Of a stretch of DNA of 64,000 nucleotides, positions 48,201-61,111 are shown piece by piece (within the stretch, counting starts at the first letter, position 1; each line of letters starts with the position of its first letter). Below the pieces are notes generated by a model. That model saw nothing but the letters and a program-made list of their open reading frames with translations, searched no databases and was not told the DNA's origin. The stretch comes from Basidiobolus meristosporus CBS 931.73 (lineage: Eukaryota > Fungi > Basidiobolomycota). Position numbers and translations under genes: made by a program. Location: assembly GCA_002104905.1 (NCBI GenBank), contig MCFE01000039.1:1-64000 (forward strand), written 5' to 3'.

Positions 48201-50526
48201 AATTTGAACCTAAAAGTGTAAATACATATTTTTGGGCTACTGTAATGAGAGTAAAGCATACAAACTCTACAATACCAAGGCAAAGAAGTTGGTCAAGTCC
48301 AGGGATGTGCTGTTTGAAGGAAATTCAAAATTTTCACAAAATATTACATGAGATGATGACAAAGATTTAATCTCAGGTCCACTAATTGTCAAAATTGAAT
48401 CAGAGCAAAACAATGAAGAGTTTCTCACTACAGAGGACTCTACAGCCATGGTTCAGCCTGAATCAGTGCCCAGGAATATCCCAGTAGTGATTATTCCAGT
48501 ATTTAATGCCTTGAGATCCAACCAGACAAGAAATAGCCCAAATTACTACATCAATTGGGGCACAAACTTAGCCTATGCCTATTCAGTCCATATTGATGAG
48601 CCCTAGAATGTGAAATTGGCCCTAAATAGCCCTCAGACAAAGTTTTGGAGACCTGCAATGACTAAGGAATATCAGGCTTGGATGATAAATCAAACTTGAG
48701 ACTTAGTCAAATTACCATTCAACTTAGAATCAATTGGATGCATATGGGTCTTTAAGACAAAGTATAAGGCTGATGGTATAATTGAAAGATACAAAGCAAG
48801 ACTTTAGGCCAAAAAACACTCTCAAACTAAAGGACTTGACTATACTGAGACCTTTGCACTGTAGCCAAGTTTAATTCTATCAGATTGATATTGGCTATTG
48901 CTGCCAAATATAAGTTTTTTATTCTTGAAATGGATGCAAAAGCTGCATTTTTGAATGGAAAACTTGATGAGGACATGTATATAAGCCAGCCTGATGGGCT
49001 TGCTGACCAACATAATTCCCATTTGGCCAGCAAGCTTAAAAATCTCTAAACAGTCTCAAAAAATCACTAAGAGCCTGGAATTGCAAGACAGGTTCTTATA
49101 TGGAATCTTTGAGTTTCAAAAGGAGTGCTGCTGACTATAGTATACACTAAAAGCCAGATAGAGCAGATCCAGCTCTATTAGGTCTATATGTGGATGATCT
49201 TATTATAGCTGCCAATAACCTAGCAACATTGGAAGAGACTAAATCCAGCCTATCTAAGGAGTTCAAGATGTCTGATCTAGGAGAAGTCAGTTACTACTTA
49301 GGGATCCAGTTCTCCATAGACAGAAGTACCTAGACTATCACCATAAGTCAATCCAAGTATATTCAAGATATACTAAAGAAGTACCAAATGGAGGACTGTA
49401 AACTGGCAGCTAACCAAATAGAGACAAACCTTAAATTGGTGAAAGCTCAACCAAATCAGGAGAGCTTGGTGCCATCTGAGAGCCCTGACTTTCCTTATCA
49501 ATCTATGACCGGCAGTATGTTGTATATTATGCTTGGAACACATCCAGATATCTCATACTCAGTGGGAGTTGTTGGCCAGCATAATCAGAACTATGGACTT
49601 GATCATATTGCTGCAGTTAAGCAGAATTTGGGATGCCCAAAAGGAACTGCTGATATCTGCTTAAGATACACTTATAAGAGCTCAGAACAGGATCTTGTGG
49701 GATACTCTGATGCTGATTGGGGACAAAATTTGGAAGACAGAAGATCTATCACAGGATACCCCTTTCTGCAATGTTCAGGAGCAATTTCATGGATTCAAGA
49801 GAGCAACCAACCATGGCACTTTCAACCCCAGAAGCAGAGTATATGGCAGCCTGGGAAGCTACAAAAAAAGCAATGTGGATAAGAAAGCTTTTTACAGATT
49901 AAGGCCTATATCAAAAATCACCTATTACTTTATTTCAAGATAATCAAGGATGTACACAATAGGGTAGAAAGCCAACTTTTCATGCTAGAACCAAGCACAT
50001 AGATATTAGACATCATTTCATATGTGAAGCTATAGATATTAGCTTGGTTAGCTTAGTTTACTGTCCTTCAGATGAGATAATTGCAGACATTTTTACTTAA
50101 CCATTAGCTAGAGACAAGTTTGAATATCCAATGTCAAAATTAGGACTAGTCACTATGAACATTTCACCTGAGTGGGAGCTATATAAGAGTCTGTAATTCC
50201 ACCTAAATATTTACCTAACTTAGTCACTTAGATCATTACCTTCAAATCCCAGGGAATACTGACCAAATTCCTTGTTTGGATTTACTTAGAATATTTTCAC
50301 CAAAATATCAGACACCCAGAACATGAAATTCCTAGAGCTGTCCAAACAGCCCCAAACATTGCACACATGTTCTTGGGACCCTCCTTAACCCATTCTTCAT
50401 GCTTGTAATGCCAAGAGCATGTAAAAGTATAATTATTACTTTTACATTCAATAAATCATCAAGTGAAAACCGCATGATCTACTTGTCCTCCCAAATCACT
50501 TTCAATATCCCAAGACTCTTACAACA
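45238..50526 (+). mobile_element. Older full-length Copia family-A copy 2, many stops and frameshifts
   Basis: LTRs 45238-45586 and 50179-50526, PBS ggttatgagtccc at 45587, PPT gagtgggag at 50170, near-TSD AGAAG/ATAAG; colinear with copy 1. Confidence 0.92.
45685..46389. mobile_element. 705-bp solo LTR of an unrelated family inserted in gag of copy 2
   Basis: TGTTG...CAACA termini, CCAAG/TCAAG flanks; gag sequence resumes exactly after it (tgtagcaggtgaagatg). Confidence 0.85.
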
Positions 50527-50699
50527 ATAAGTTGGCAATGATATTCCAAGTAAATCCCAACAAGAAATTTGGTCAGTGCAGAATGTCAGCATGAATAATT
50601 AGGTAATAGCTTAATAATTACCACTAGGAGAGCACCCCAGTTTTACAGCTCAAGAGATCCAGATTGACCATAAATAGCTCAAACACCTCTATCAATAAG

Positions 50700-51150
50700 G
50701 GTTCAAGTTAGGCTTATGCCTATTTGATTCATATTGAAGAGCACCAGAGAGTAAAATAGGTCTTAAATACCCCTCTGACAGAGCTATGGAGATCTAAAAT
50801 GACTGAAAATATCTAGCCCTGATAAAAATTAAACTTTGACAGCAAAATAGCAATCAACCAAAAATTGACAGGATGCAGATGACTCTTTGAGACAAAATAC
50901 AAGGCTGATGGCACAATTCAGACATACAAGGCAAGTCTTATGGCCAAAGGTTGCCCTCAGACAAAAGGCCTCTGCTTCACTGAAGTCCTGGTACTAGTAG
51001 CCAGGTTTACATTCATCAGACTAATAATAGATATATCAGTGAGACATACATTTATGATACATCAAATGTAAATAATAGATTCATTATTAGGTGACAAACT
51101 TGCTGAGACCATGCACATGAGCTGGTCTGATGATCTGATGACCAAGTCAG
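50700..51150 (+). mobile_element. Highly decayed Copia RT fragment
   Basis: aaatacaaggctgatggcacaatt...tggccaaagg matches the RT N-terminal region at about 39380-39430. Confidence 0.7.
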
Positions 51151-51299
51151 CCCTTAGTTGGTTAGCAAACCTCAAGTATTTCTATGCAGTCTCAAAGAAT
51201 AATTAAACAACTGGAATTTGAGGTAGCTTATTACTTGGTATTCCTGAGTCTCTGGGGAAGTGCTGCTAACACAGCTATCTACTCTATTTCTCTTTGGCT

Positions 51300-52315
51300 T
51301 AACTTATTTCCGCATAGATGCAGCCAAAAAAATCAAAGTTGTCAGGTTCTCAACCAAGCCCCACTGTTGACAGCAGCAGAAGTATGATTGGACAACAGCT
51401 TGCTTTAACATTCATTGCAACAAGCAGTGCTATATCCAAAAAGGTCATGCAGACAATGTGCGCACTGAATGTAATACTGCACAGTCCACAGGAATTATGT
51501 CATTTAGCCAGTAGAGAATCTCTGCAGAGCCACACACTGACCATAATGCTCAGGCTAATAAGAATGAAGCAAACAATGCACCTACAGTGCAAGCCCAACA
51601 AATGGCTGTCATAACATCACCACCATAAGTATGAGCTAGTATGCTGTCAGCTCCTGCCAAAGCATTGATAAATCAACTAGGTGCAGTAGCTAATAGGATG
51701 GATATAATAGCCAAGAGTAATCAGGTAGTTGTTCAGAGGCAGGATGAGTGTATAACATGTTTAGAGCAATCAGTATCCCAGGTAGAGGATGCCGTGTTAT
51801 AGCTGTAAAGAAGGAACTCAAGTTGTACAATGTCACAACCAAGAATTACACCATTTTGCAATTTAACTGCAGAGGAACACTGCAAAGCCTTTGACCTACA
51901 ACAACTGTCCCCAATGAAGAGGTGCACAGACAAACCTATCACTGCATGGGATTAAGAGACTGCATTCTTTAAATCTGAGCATAATAATCAATAGACATTA
52001 AAGATAAGGGAAGCCATTGAGTGCAATGATGAAGAGTAGACAACATCAAAGAAGCCATGCAAAGCCTAGCATACCATCACATTAAGGCTAGTATTTCATG
52101 AGGCTGTCAAGAATTGTAGGCTAAGCAGAATGCACTTGATTTGTTCCATGGGCATTATTCTGGACTCAAACAAGCAAATGGACTTAGGGCCAGCTTTGGT
52201 ACACTAAGAGATCATCTCAAGAATATCAGAAATTATCAAAGGAAGAAAAACATGGATGCAATGGCTAAAAACCAGCAGCTGCCTCAAATCCCTGTTACAA
52301 GCAGGGCTATAAGCT
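51300..52315 (+). repeat. Second copy of the ORF X 5' region
   Basis: Aligns with 35600-36462 (aaagttgtc.ggtt.tcaacca..ccccactg, ggacagc.gcttgctttaacatt, acacctatcac.gcatggga) and ends in the repeat anchor cctgttacaagcagggct. Confidence 0.75.
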
Positions 52316-52428
52316 AATCACCAGTTTACCAAAGACACTTCCTTTCTCTACTCCCTTTGCACCTCTCATATATTCTACTGCCAAATCACCTGTATTAGCT
52401 TGCTCACCCACTACTACCACAGGTTTTC

Positions 52429-54300
52429 AGTTGTAAAAGTTTCTGATTGCACCTGAATATTCACATAGCTTAGCCACTTATACCATTGACTACAAGTATT
52501 GAAGAATAATGAACCAAATTCTTTGTAAGGATTTACTAAGAATATTCTCACTAAAATATCAGGCTCCCAAGACATGAGAGTTCTCAATGTTGTCCAAGCA
52601 GCCCTAAGCTTTGCACACTTGTTCTTGGGACCTTTCTCAGCCTACTTCATGTATTTGCTATCCCCAATCTATATAAAAGTACAAATACCACCTTTACACC
52701 AAATAGATCATTAAGTGAAAGCCACATAAACTACTTGGTTACCAATCACTTCCAATATTTCTAAGACTCTTACAACAATCAATGAGCTGCAAGAAGTCAT
52801 TCTCTGCAATATCACAACTGTTAATACTGGAATTTTTTCTCTGCTGAAAAGTTGGATGGATCTAATAACCAAGTGTGAAAGGTGAAGATGCATATACTGC
52901 TGCAAGAATAAGGCCTTTGGGATATTCTCATGGAGAAGTGCACCCCCCTAAAAACATGGCAGAAGAAGCCTTATAGCATCAGAAGATAGTGCAAAGTTTC
53001 TATAGCTGCATTTGTCTCATTGTCATTGACACCATGCCAATTCAATGCTCAAGAGCAAAAATGACAATTGATGCTTTAAAGGTGTCAGAAACATCTACCA
53101 GACATGTTCAGCTGCCAAAAGAATGTTACTTAGACAAAAGTACTTTATTCCAAAGGTACTGCCAGGAGAGTAAATGAAAAATATGATTAGCAGAATTTTG
53201 CTGCTGGTCAATGGATGGAATATATGGGTGTACCAGCTACTGATGAGGATGTGGTGGTTACCATCCTGAATAGCCTGACAGCCATGTTTCAAGGTCTTAT
53301 ATCAGCCCTAGAATCCTGAATTGGGAATATGGCCTTTAGTTACATATATGGAAGGCTCCCAGAGAAAGAACTAAGATATCAAGGGCCAATAGAAAGGAAG
53401 AAGGTTCTTTAGTAAACAACAATAACCAACAAAGGAGGTACCCAAGACCCTTTAAAGGCAATAGCAACCTGTTTTACAACTACTGGCAAAGGCAAGGACT
53501 CACATCAGACTGGTGCCTCAAAAAAGGATATAGGCAGCACCAATAGATTGTAAATGGAAATGCTGAAACAACTGAAGATACATGATTCACATCAGCACTG
53601 AGTATGAGCACAAACAAGGATTCTCAGACATCTTATATTGATTCTGGAGCATCTCAATGCTTTATACACCAAAGAGTACTTTCTACCCAATATCAAGAAA
53701 TTTCAAATACAAAGGTTTTTGTAGGTGGCAATTGAATACTTGATGCAGTTGGAGAAGGAACTATCCAAGTGAACTTTAGAAGTAGTGAAGGAAGCCACAT
53801 ATGTACCCTCAAAGAAGTACTTCATGTATCAGAAATAGCCAAGAACCTACTATATATCAGCAAGGCCACAGCAGAAGAACTTGGTACTGGCATTGAGAAT
53901 GCTGGATGCAGGATGACAGATCTAAATAGTGCTTATATTGCATCAGGTTTCAAGATCAGAATCTATTCAACTGGACTTATATTCTATCATATCTGGAAGC
54001 CAATGTAAGTAACTTGAATCAAGAAACACCTATGCTTTTGCACCAAAGGGTTAGACACATCAATTTTGACTCTTTGTGCATAATGCTCAGAGATCAGCTA
54101 ACTTCTTGAGTAAAAATTTATCCCTCAGCTAGTTTGGCATACTGTGAATTCTTCATATTTGAGCAATAAGCCAGAGAACTGCTCAAGAGCTCTAGGTTGA
54201 CCAAATCTAGGAAAATGTTAGATATAGTTCATTCAGATATTTGTGAACCTATGCAAAACTCTCCTTAGGCAGGATGAAGTATTTAATTACTTTTATTGAC
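52429..54300 (+). mobile_element. Truncated decayed Copia family-A copy (LTR 52429-52777, gag to the start of integrase)
   Basis: 349-bp LTR homolog followed by colinear, stop-ridden gag/protease/pre-integrase sequence. Confidence 0.85.
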
Positions 54301-56875
54301 ATATGGGCTAATATTTGAATATAGTGCCTGATAGTACCAGTGGACCAAGATAGCTATGTTTCACACTCTGTGGTCAAGTATAGGCTTGCTTGGCCTTCTT
54401 GGCACACTATGGCATCATTAGGCACTCATGGCTCAATGTGGCACTATCTAATGGAACAAGTCTTATAACTATTCTAAGTGGATCCAGTCAGCCAGGACAT
54501 CCAATTGCCTTATATGGCAAGAAACTTGACGGTATTTTGACAGCCTCACAGCAAGGCTCTAATGGCATTATATTGGCAGTATAACAGCCTACTGCTGGTT
54601 CTGTATAAGGCTACCAAACCAATTTACCTAATGGTATTTCCTTTTTCTACCTCCCCTTGTGCAATTCATATATTCCACTGTAGAATCACCTTTCTTTATT
54701 TGCTTACTAACTGCTACCTTGGGTATTCCACATATAGTTCAAATCAAAAAAAGCTATGGCCTCCTGCTTACCATCCTATACAAATGTACACACCAGCGTA
54801 ATTGACATACTTCTATCACCTCAACTTTATGGCTTTTTAGTGTGAAACTTGCAAAGTTGCCATATACCTTGTGCTGCTGGTAACATATGCATCATGGAAA
54901 CATATGTTTGGTTGTTGCCATTTCTGCCATAAATTCCTCCTGAATATCTGCAAAGAACATCTTGGTATTTAGCCAACATACTCCTTCTCCCTGCTGGATT
55001 CTAGTCCCCCTTATAGGTGCCCTCTGGCTTTTGTTTGTGTGAACTCTGTATTGAATGGTGTAGAAGTGGGCTTGTGACCATGAGGAATTTGGCATATCTT
55101 GGTAGAATTTTCCTGATAAAATTAGTTACTTATTGCACCCAACCCAACTTTGCATTACTTAACTAATTACCCATGCATTGGGGCTGCTTAGCTTCTTAAT
55201 GCCATAGGCATAGGTGTCTCCATGTGCACATTTGTCCTCAGTATTTTCCAAATCTTCCTGGCAGTCCTCCATGTGCCAACTCATCACATCCATGACTGAC
55301 TTGAAGGTAATATTCTTGATGAGATTGGGAGATGGTAGTACATGCAACTTCACTTGTTGTCCTATCTCCCCACATATCTGCTCCATAGAAAACTCCCTAA
55401 AGGTGAAGCAAGGCCCAATATTCTCCACACACCATGTAAGATGGAGTAGAGAATGGATACAGTAGTGGCAGAGATCTATACATTCAGCTTTATGTTTGTA
55501 GTATAGCCGCTCAATTCCTGTTACAAACTCCTCACACAACAGCTGTAGATGCGTCAAGTCAGTATTGGTGATCCGCTTCTGGATAAATATTCCTACTATG
55601 TCCACAAATGACTCCCAATACTTCCAATGTATTCTTGGTAGAAGTGGCTTCAGAACACCACTTGAATAAATACATATCCAGTTGATCCAGACTTTGCGTT
55701 TGTATTGTTGAATATGCGTGTGAATATTGATCAGAGCATGTGAGAGTACTTAGGGTAGCGGATACTCTGTAATATCTTGCCAATTCTTTCAATTTTCTAC
55801 AGTATCTCAAAGGGCTCATTTAGCTTGAAATGCCCCATGTACAACTTGGTCATCAGTGTAAGGATACTGTTGAAAAGCAAATGCATTGCTCCCAGTGGAG
55901 AGCTTTTGCTCAAACAGATACCCTCTATCTTAAGTATCTCCAGTTTCCAATTGATTCTGAATTCTGGCCAATGGCTTATAGCTTGCCAACTTTGCTGCAA
56001 TTGCATGCTAACTTCTGTACATTCTCTCTGTGGAAAGATGATGTTCTTGGTGCTGGTGCTTGGGTAATAACAATGTGTGTGAGTTATAGAGTATATCCCC
56101 TGGATCTCACACATTTGACAGCAATACCTTCCATTGTGCCCAGAAAAACCTGCTATCTTGCTGATGGCTGTGGTATCTCCAATGCAGATAATAATATGAG
56201 CTTTTACATGACAGCCATTTACTGTTATCCCACTGGAAAGCATACAAAATTCATCCAGCAATGGATACAGGTAGCAATCCAGGCTGAATGGTGATTTAGG
56301 CCCAGATACCAGTAAGATTACCATTGGATTATTGCTCTGATGTTGTAGGATGAGCAGCAGATTCAGATTGATGAGAATCAGTGGCCAGCAGAATTTGCTG
56401 GTAGGGTACTTGTTTAATGAGAATTCATCATGTGCTAAAGCAAAGGCATTGTCATACATACCTTGAAAGTAGCCTTTGCTTTTAAGCTGTTTGTAATGTT
56501 TGCCATCAAATATATCAGATATGTTGCACTTGATTGATACTGAGTGTGGTACTGTATAGCTTTGCAATATCTGTTGGACTGCATCAGCTTCCTCATATAG
56601 GGTATGACTAGAATATATGCAGAGTGTAAGCAATGTTTTCCCTCAATGGGGGTGGATTCCTGACAATTTGGACACATTGTAATGGTAGCATTTTTGGATG
56701 TGGATGCCATGCAACTGTTAACACATGCTGGAATCAGGACAGTCTCTGGATCATATGCTGCCAGCCACGTGACAGTTGTCCACTTGTACCATGTTTATGG
56801 TAAGTTGCATCCCAGTATGATTTTGGCAAGAAGTAGTAATAAATTCTCAATGCACCCATTACTAATATTAGTGGA
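54300..56875 (-). mobile_element. CACTA/EnSpm-like transposase relic, copy 2 (longer)
   Basis: ORFs 55797-56633 (Transposase_21-like) and 55159-55605 (HSLLHL...GPCF.FREFSME.ICG) resemble the tnp2 core and C-terminal part; frameshifted. Confidence 0.8.
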
Positions 56876-59110
56876 TGCTGAAATATTGGACTATTTGGTA
56901 TCATTCAGCAGCTAAAAATTTACTTAACAATTATGGACTGGTCTTGGTCACTGTGAGACTAATTCACAGCTCTAACCTTGTCGCTTTCTTCAGATCTTTG
57001 ATCTTATGATTATTCCCCTATTGTCAGGATCAAATTAGCACTATTACTAAACATCATGTACTAACACTGAAACTGTTACACAATGCTCCTGAATATTGAG
57101 AAACCCTCCTTACTTAGTGTTACAGCTGTATTACTTCTACAAATGTATAAATACTGAGCTTCTTTATTAACAAACAACAGTTCAACCATTATCACTATAT
57201 CTTGATACGTTCCCTATATGCAAATCACTTCTGAAATTGCAACAGGTTATGAGCCTTGATTGCCTTAATCTATTCTAAAGATGACTTCTACCAGCAAACA
57301 GAACAACACAAACATCTTCCCTGTAAAGGAGAGGTGTGATGGAATACAGCTGTAACACTAAGTAAGGAGGGTTTCTCAATATTCAGGAGCATTCTTTAAC
57401 AGTTTCAGGGTTAGTACATAATGTTTGCTAATAGTGCTAATTTGATCCTGACTATAGGGGAATAATCATAAGATCATATATCTGGAGAAAGTGGCAAAGT
57501 TAAGGCAGTAAATGAGACCTACAGTGACTAAGACTAGTCTGGAATTGTTAAGTACATTTTTAGCTGCTGAATGATACCAAAGAGTCCAATATTTCAACAA
57601 ATACTGCCAAAGCAGCATGGGAATCCTTAGAGAAGATCTTTGGAGCAAGTCAGTATCAAGCAAGCCTTTTTTAAAACAAAAGTTCTTCAACATGAGGAAG
57701 AAACCAGATGATGACATGCTACAACTCATTGCCAGAATGCAGACACTTGCCAAAGAACTTTACAGTATTAATGCTGGTGTAGATGATGAAGAAAAGATAC
57801 TCAGTCTGCTTTGCAGCCTACCAGACAAGTATGTGCCACTCATAGTTTCTTTTGAAAGCAGAGAAGACAATTTGACTTTAGACTATGTCAAAGGAATACT
57901 TCTCTATGAAGAACTCAGGCGTAATGATCAAGCAGAGAAAATTGAAGATCATGCTTTATTCAGTTTGGAAAGGCACTCAGAAAATAAGGGAAAGCAACAA
58001 AACAAAAGAAAACCTAGTTGCTGTAACTACTGTTAAAAGCCAGGACACTGGGCAAAAGAATGCAAGAGACAAGCAGTCAAAAAACAGAAACTAGAGCAGG
58101 CAAACCATATAACTACTGATGAACTGTTGTTTGTAAACATACAAGAAAGTGCAAGTAACCAAAGTAATGAATGGTATATTGACTCTGGAGCATCACAGCA
58201 TATTTGTGGTATAAAGAAGTGGGTCAGCAACTTAAAGACTATTCCCATAAGAAAGGTTATCTGGGGGATAACTCTGATCTTGAAGCTACCCCAAGTGGGT
58301 CTATATAACTAAATATGAGCAATAGCTCAGGGGCAACAACAGCAAGACTGACTGATATACTCTATATACCTGGAATAGCTAAGAATCTACTCTCAGTCAG
58401 TAAAGCAACTGCTCAGGGACTGAAATTTGTTTTTACTAAGATGAGCAGCTTAATATTGAGTGAAAATGGACAAAAATAAGCTTTGGGAATTAGAGATCAC
58501 AATATTTACAATTACAATGCAAGATCACTGTACCTGAGTATGTCAACATTGCTGAAACTAAAGAAACCAACTGGGAGACATGGCATAGGAGGCTAGGACA
58601 CATTGGGGAACAGAAAATGAGCCAATTGGTGAAAAATAGCTTGTTTTGGGCCCAAAATACTCAATTGCAATCAGATTGAATGTTTCTAAGGGATGTTCAT
58701 ATGGCAAACAAGCTAGGCAATGTTTCAAGAGCACAGAAGGCATCAATACCACCAAAATATTGGCTATTGTACACTCAGACATCTATAGCCCCATGAGAAC
58801 ACTGTCCTTTGGTGCCAAAGTCACTGATATCATCAGCCAGCTACCTGATGATGCAATCAACACCAATGAAGAAGATGCATACCAAATTCAGCCAGATACT
58901 GATGATAATTCTACTGGTTCTAGATCAACACAGATTATCCCAGTTAGGAGATCCACCAGAATAAGAAATGTCCCTGGATCCTGGTGGCACACATCCAATG
59001 ATCATGAAGAAGCTTATCTTGCTTTATGTGCCAAACCTCAGAATCTGGAACAGGCAATGCAAAGTCTAGATTTACTATGTAGCAACAAGCCATGCAGGAG
59101 GAGTACCAAT
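56876..59110 (+). mobile_element. Copia family-B relic: 369-bp LTR (56876-57244), PBS GGTTATGAGCC, gag/protease/pre-integrase, integrase core deleted
   Basis: TG...CAACA followed by the PBS at 57245; gag ORF 57617-58036, WYIDSGASQH, WHRRLGH, RRSTRIR..P. LTR unrelated to family A. Confidence 0.88.
57343..57599 (-). repeat. Inverted 257-bp copy of the 5' part of the family-B LTR lying inside its own gag
   Basis: Reverse complement of 56876-57132, about 85% identical by eye. Confidence 0.9.
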
Positions 59111-59809
59111 CACTGTAAATCATGACTGGGAGGGTATCTAAAATACTCCTTATACAAAACCTGTTGCTGAACACTCTGGGGTACAGAAGTCTATTGGAGC
59201 TTCTGGACCCAGTATTCCAAGCTTGTTCTATGCCATTCATACCCTCTGCAAGGTGTTTCTTCAGTGTTGTCAGCTGGGAATGAAAGCTTCTAGGACATCT
59301 GTTGCCATTAATGGTGGGATGAAACTTTGCAGGGCAATAGTTCTTGTAATAGCAGTAGAGCTTAACAAGGAATCTCCTTGAGCTAATTAGGGTAGATAGT
59401 CCACAGTACCTGGTATAGATTTCCTTTGATGTGTCAAAAGGAAATCCAGTGGTAGTGATGAGATTGATGAGAAAGGACCCTTCAGATGAGAAAGTAATAT
59501 AAAAGTTAATTTGTGATCAAATGGAGGTGATATGGACTGATATGGTGCAATCAGCTTTATCTATCTGATTTTTCATTCATTATCATTAAATATCCATTAA
59601 TTGTCATATATCCTGTCAATGTATTGCAACAATCTTCCTAAAACATTGACTTGGTGAGTTTATTAATGCTCTACTGACAAGTCTATAATCAAATAGGAAA
59701 TCTGTGATTGATGTGATCTTGGCAAAGCAATCCAAGATGCATCATGCATAATATATGGAAAATTCAACTATCACATTAGTTTTGAAATATAATTCATAAG
59801 AATACCAGG

Positions 59810-60850
59810 TTGATGCCACTATACTACTGTATAAGTACTCAAATCTGTCACTATAGTTGCTGTACAAAGTCTCAACACATCTTTAATACAACCTGGACAA
59901 AATCCATCCCCCAGCTCACAAGCATAGTTTGGACTGGAAAGTCAATGTCTGCTCTGTTTGAGTTCTTTGCAGATGGTTGTAGTATGGCCCAAGTGTCTAT
60001 CATGAGCCTTTGTACAGATATATGGATGCTACTCATTAATCTAGCAGAACTGGATACCTCAGAGAGTCAACAGAGATGGAAGAATCTGAGCAGAAAGCTG
60101 TGGCATGAGTTCTACATTGGGATGCCAGCAGATATATGTAAAAAGATATATAACAAGACAAGCGTTGAAATCAAGAATTAGCTGAGAGTGAGGGGATCTT
60201 ATGAGGAAGCCATGTATATGCAATCCCATGCACAATTTGCACAGTACAGACCAGAGGTGTCTGTTAGTGCCTCAACTTTGAGAACTAAAGAGATTTTTAA
60301 TGAGTCTCTGCCTCAGATGACTAATATACTACATTATATATCAATAGAGCTAAGTGGCTTTCAAGAGCAATACACAAAGGACTCATCAAGGCAATAGTTC
60401 CAATGTATGAGACAGACTGTAAGTACCTTGAGGCATCAGAGCGCAAAGTTGACAAGGAGGAATACAGACCTGCAAGCAACTGCATCTAGATTGTGCCAGC
60501 ACACCTTGTTGGATTTCTTACCATCCTCTGCAGTATTGGCATGCTGGCACATGTCAGTCCAATCTAGGCCAACACCCCTCACAAGAGTGCCCTGCATTGA
60601 GTCAATGCATGTCAGATCAATATGTGCACCTCAGAGCAAACCTTCCAGAGCTCACCAAACTGCTCATTCAGACATGGATCCATTGGAGTGAGCTCAGTTG
60701 CACCAACATGTAACATCATATTGAACTCAGCCAAAGGCTATGCCAATGAATCAAGTTGAGCCTGCATGTGCTAGCACACCTGAACATCAGCAAGTTCCTT
60801 CTGGTGAATTGACTGACAATGACCCACACAAAGGCCTCCACCACCAGAGC
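59810..60850 (+). pseudogene. Decayed unknown ORF (ORFs 59810, 60188 and 60407 are in one frame, separated by a few stops)
   Basis: Start offsets of 378 and 219 nt are multiples of 3; CpG-free; no recognisable domain. Confidence 0.45.
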
Positions 60851-61111
60851 CTTTGCCAAGTAAAAGAGTGCATCAGTGCATGGCACTACAGGCTGGTTCT
60901 GTAATATTGATTAGAGCAATTCAGCGTGGCCATGCTTCAGCATTGAACTCATCAGCCAGGAGGCAAAACACTGACTACAAGTACACAAGCAGCCAAGATG
61001 ATAGTCAACAAGGAAGCAGCTCAGGTGTGCAAAGTGAATCACTATCATATGCTCCAGTAGTAACTCCTATAAGAAAAAAATCCAGTAGAAGATGATGCAT
61101 TTGCATTGAAT

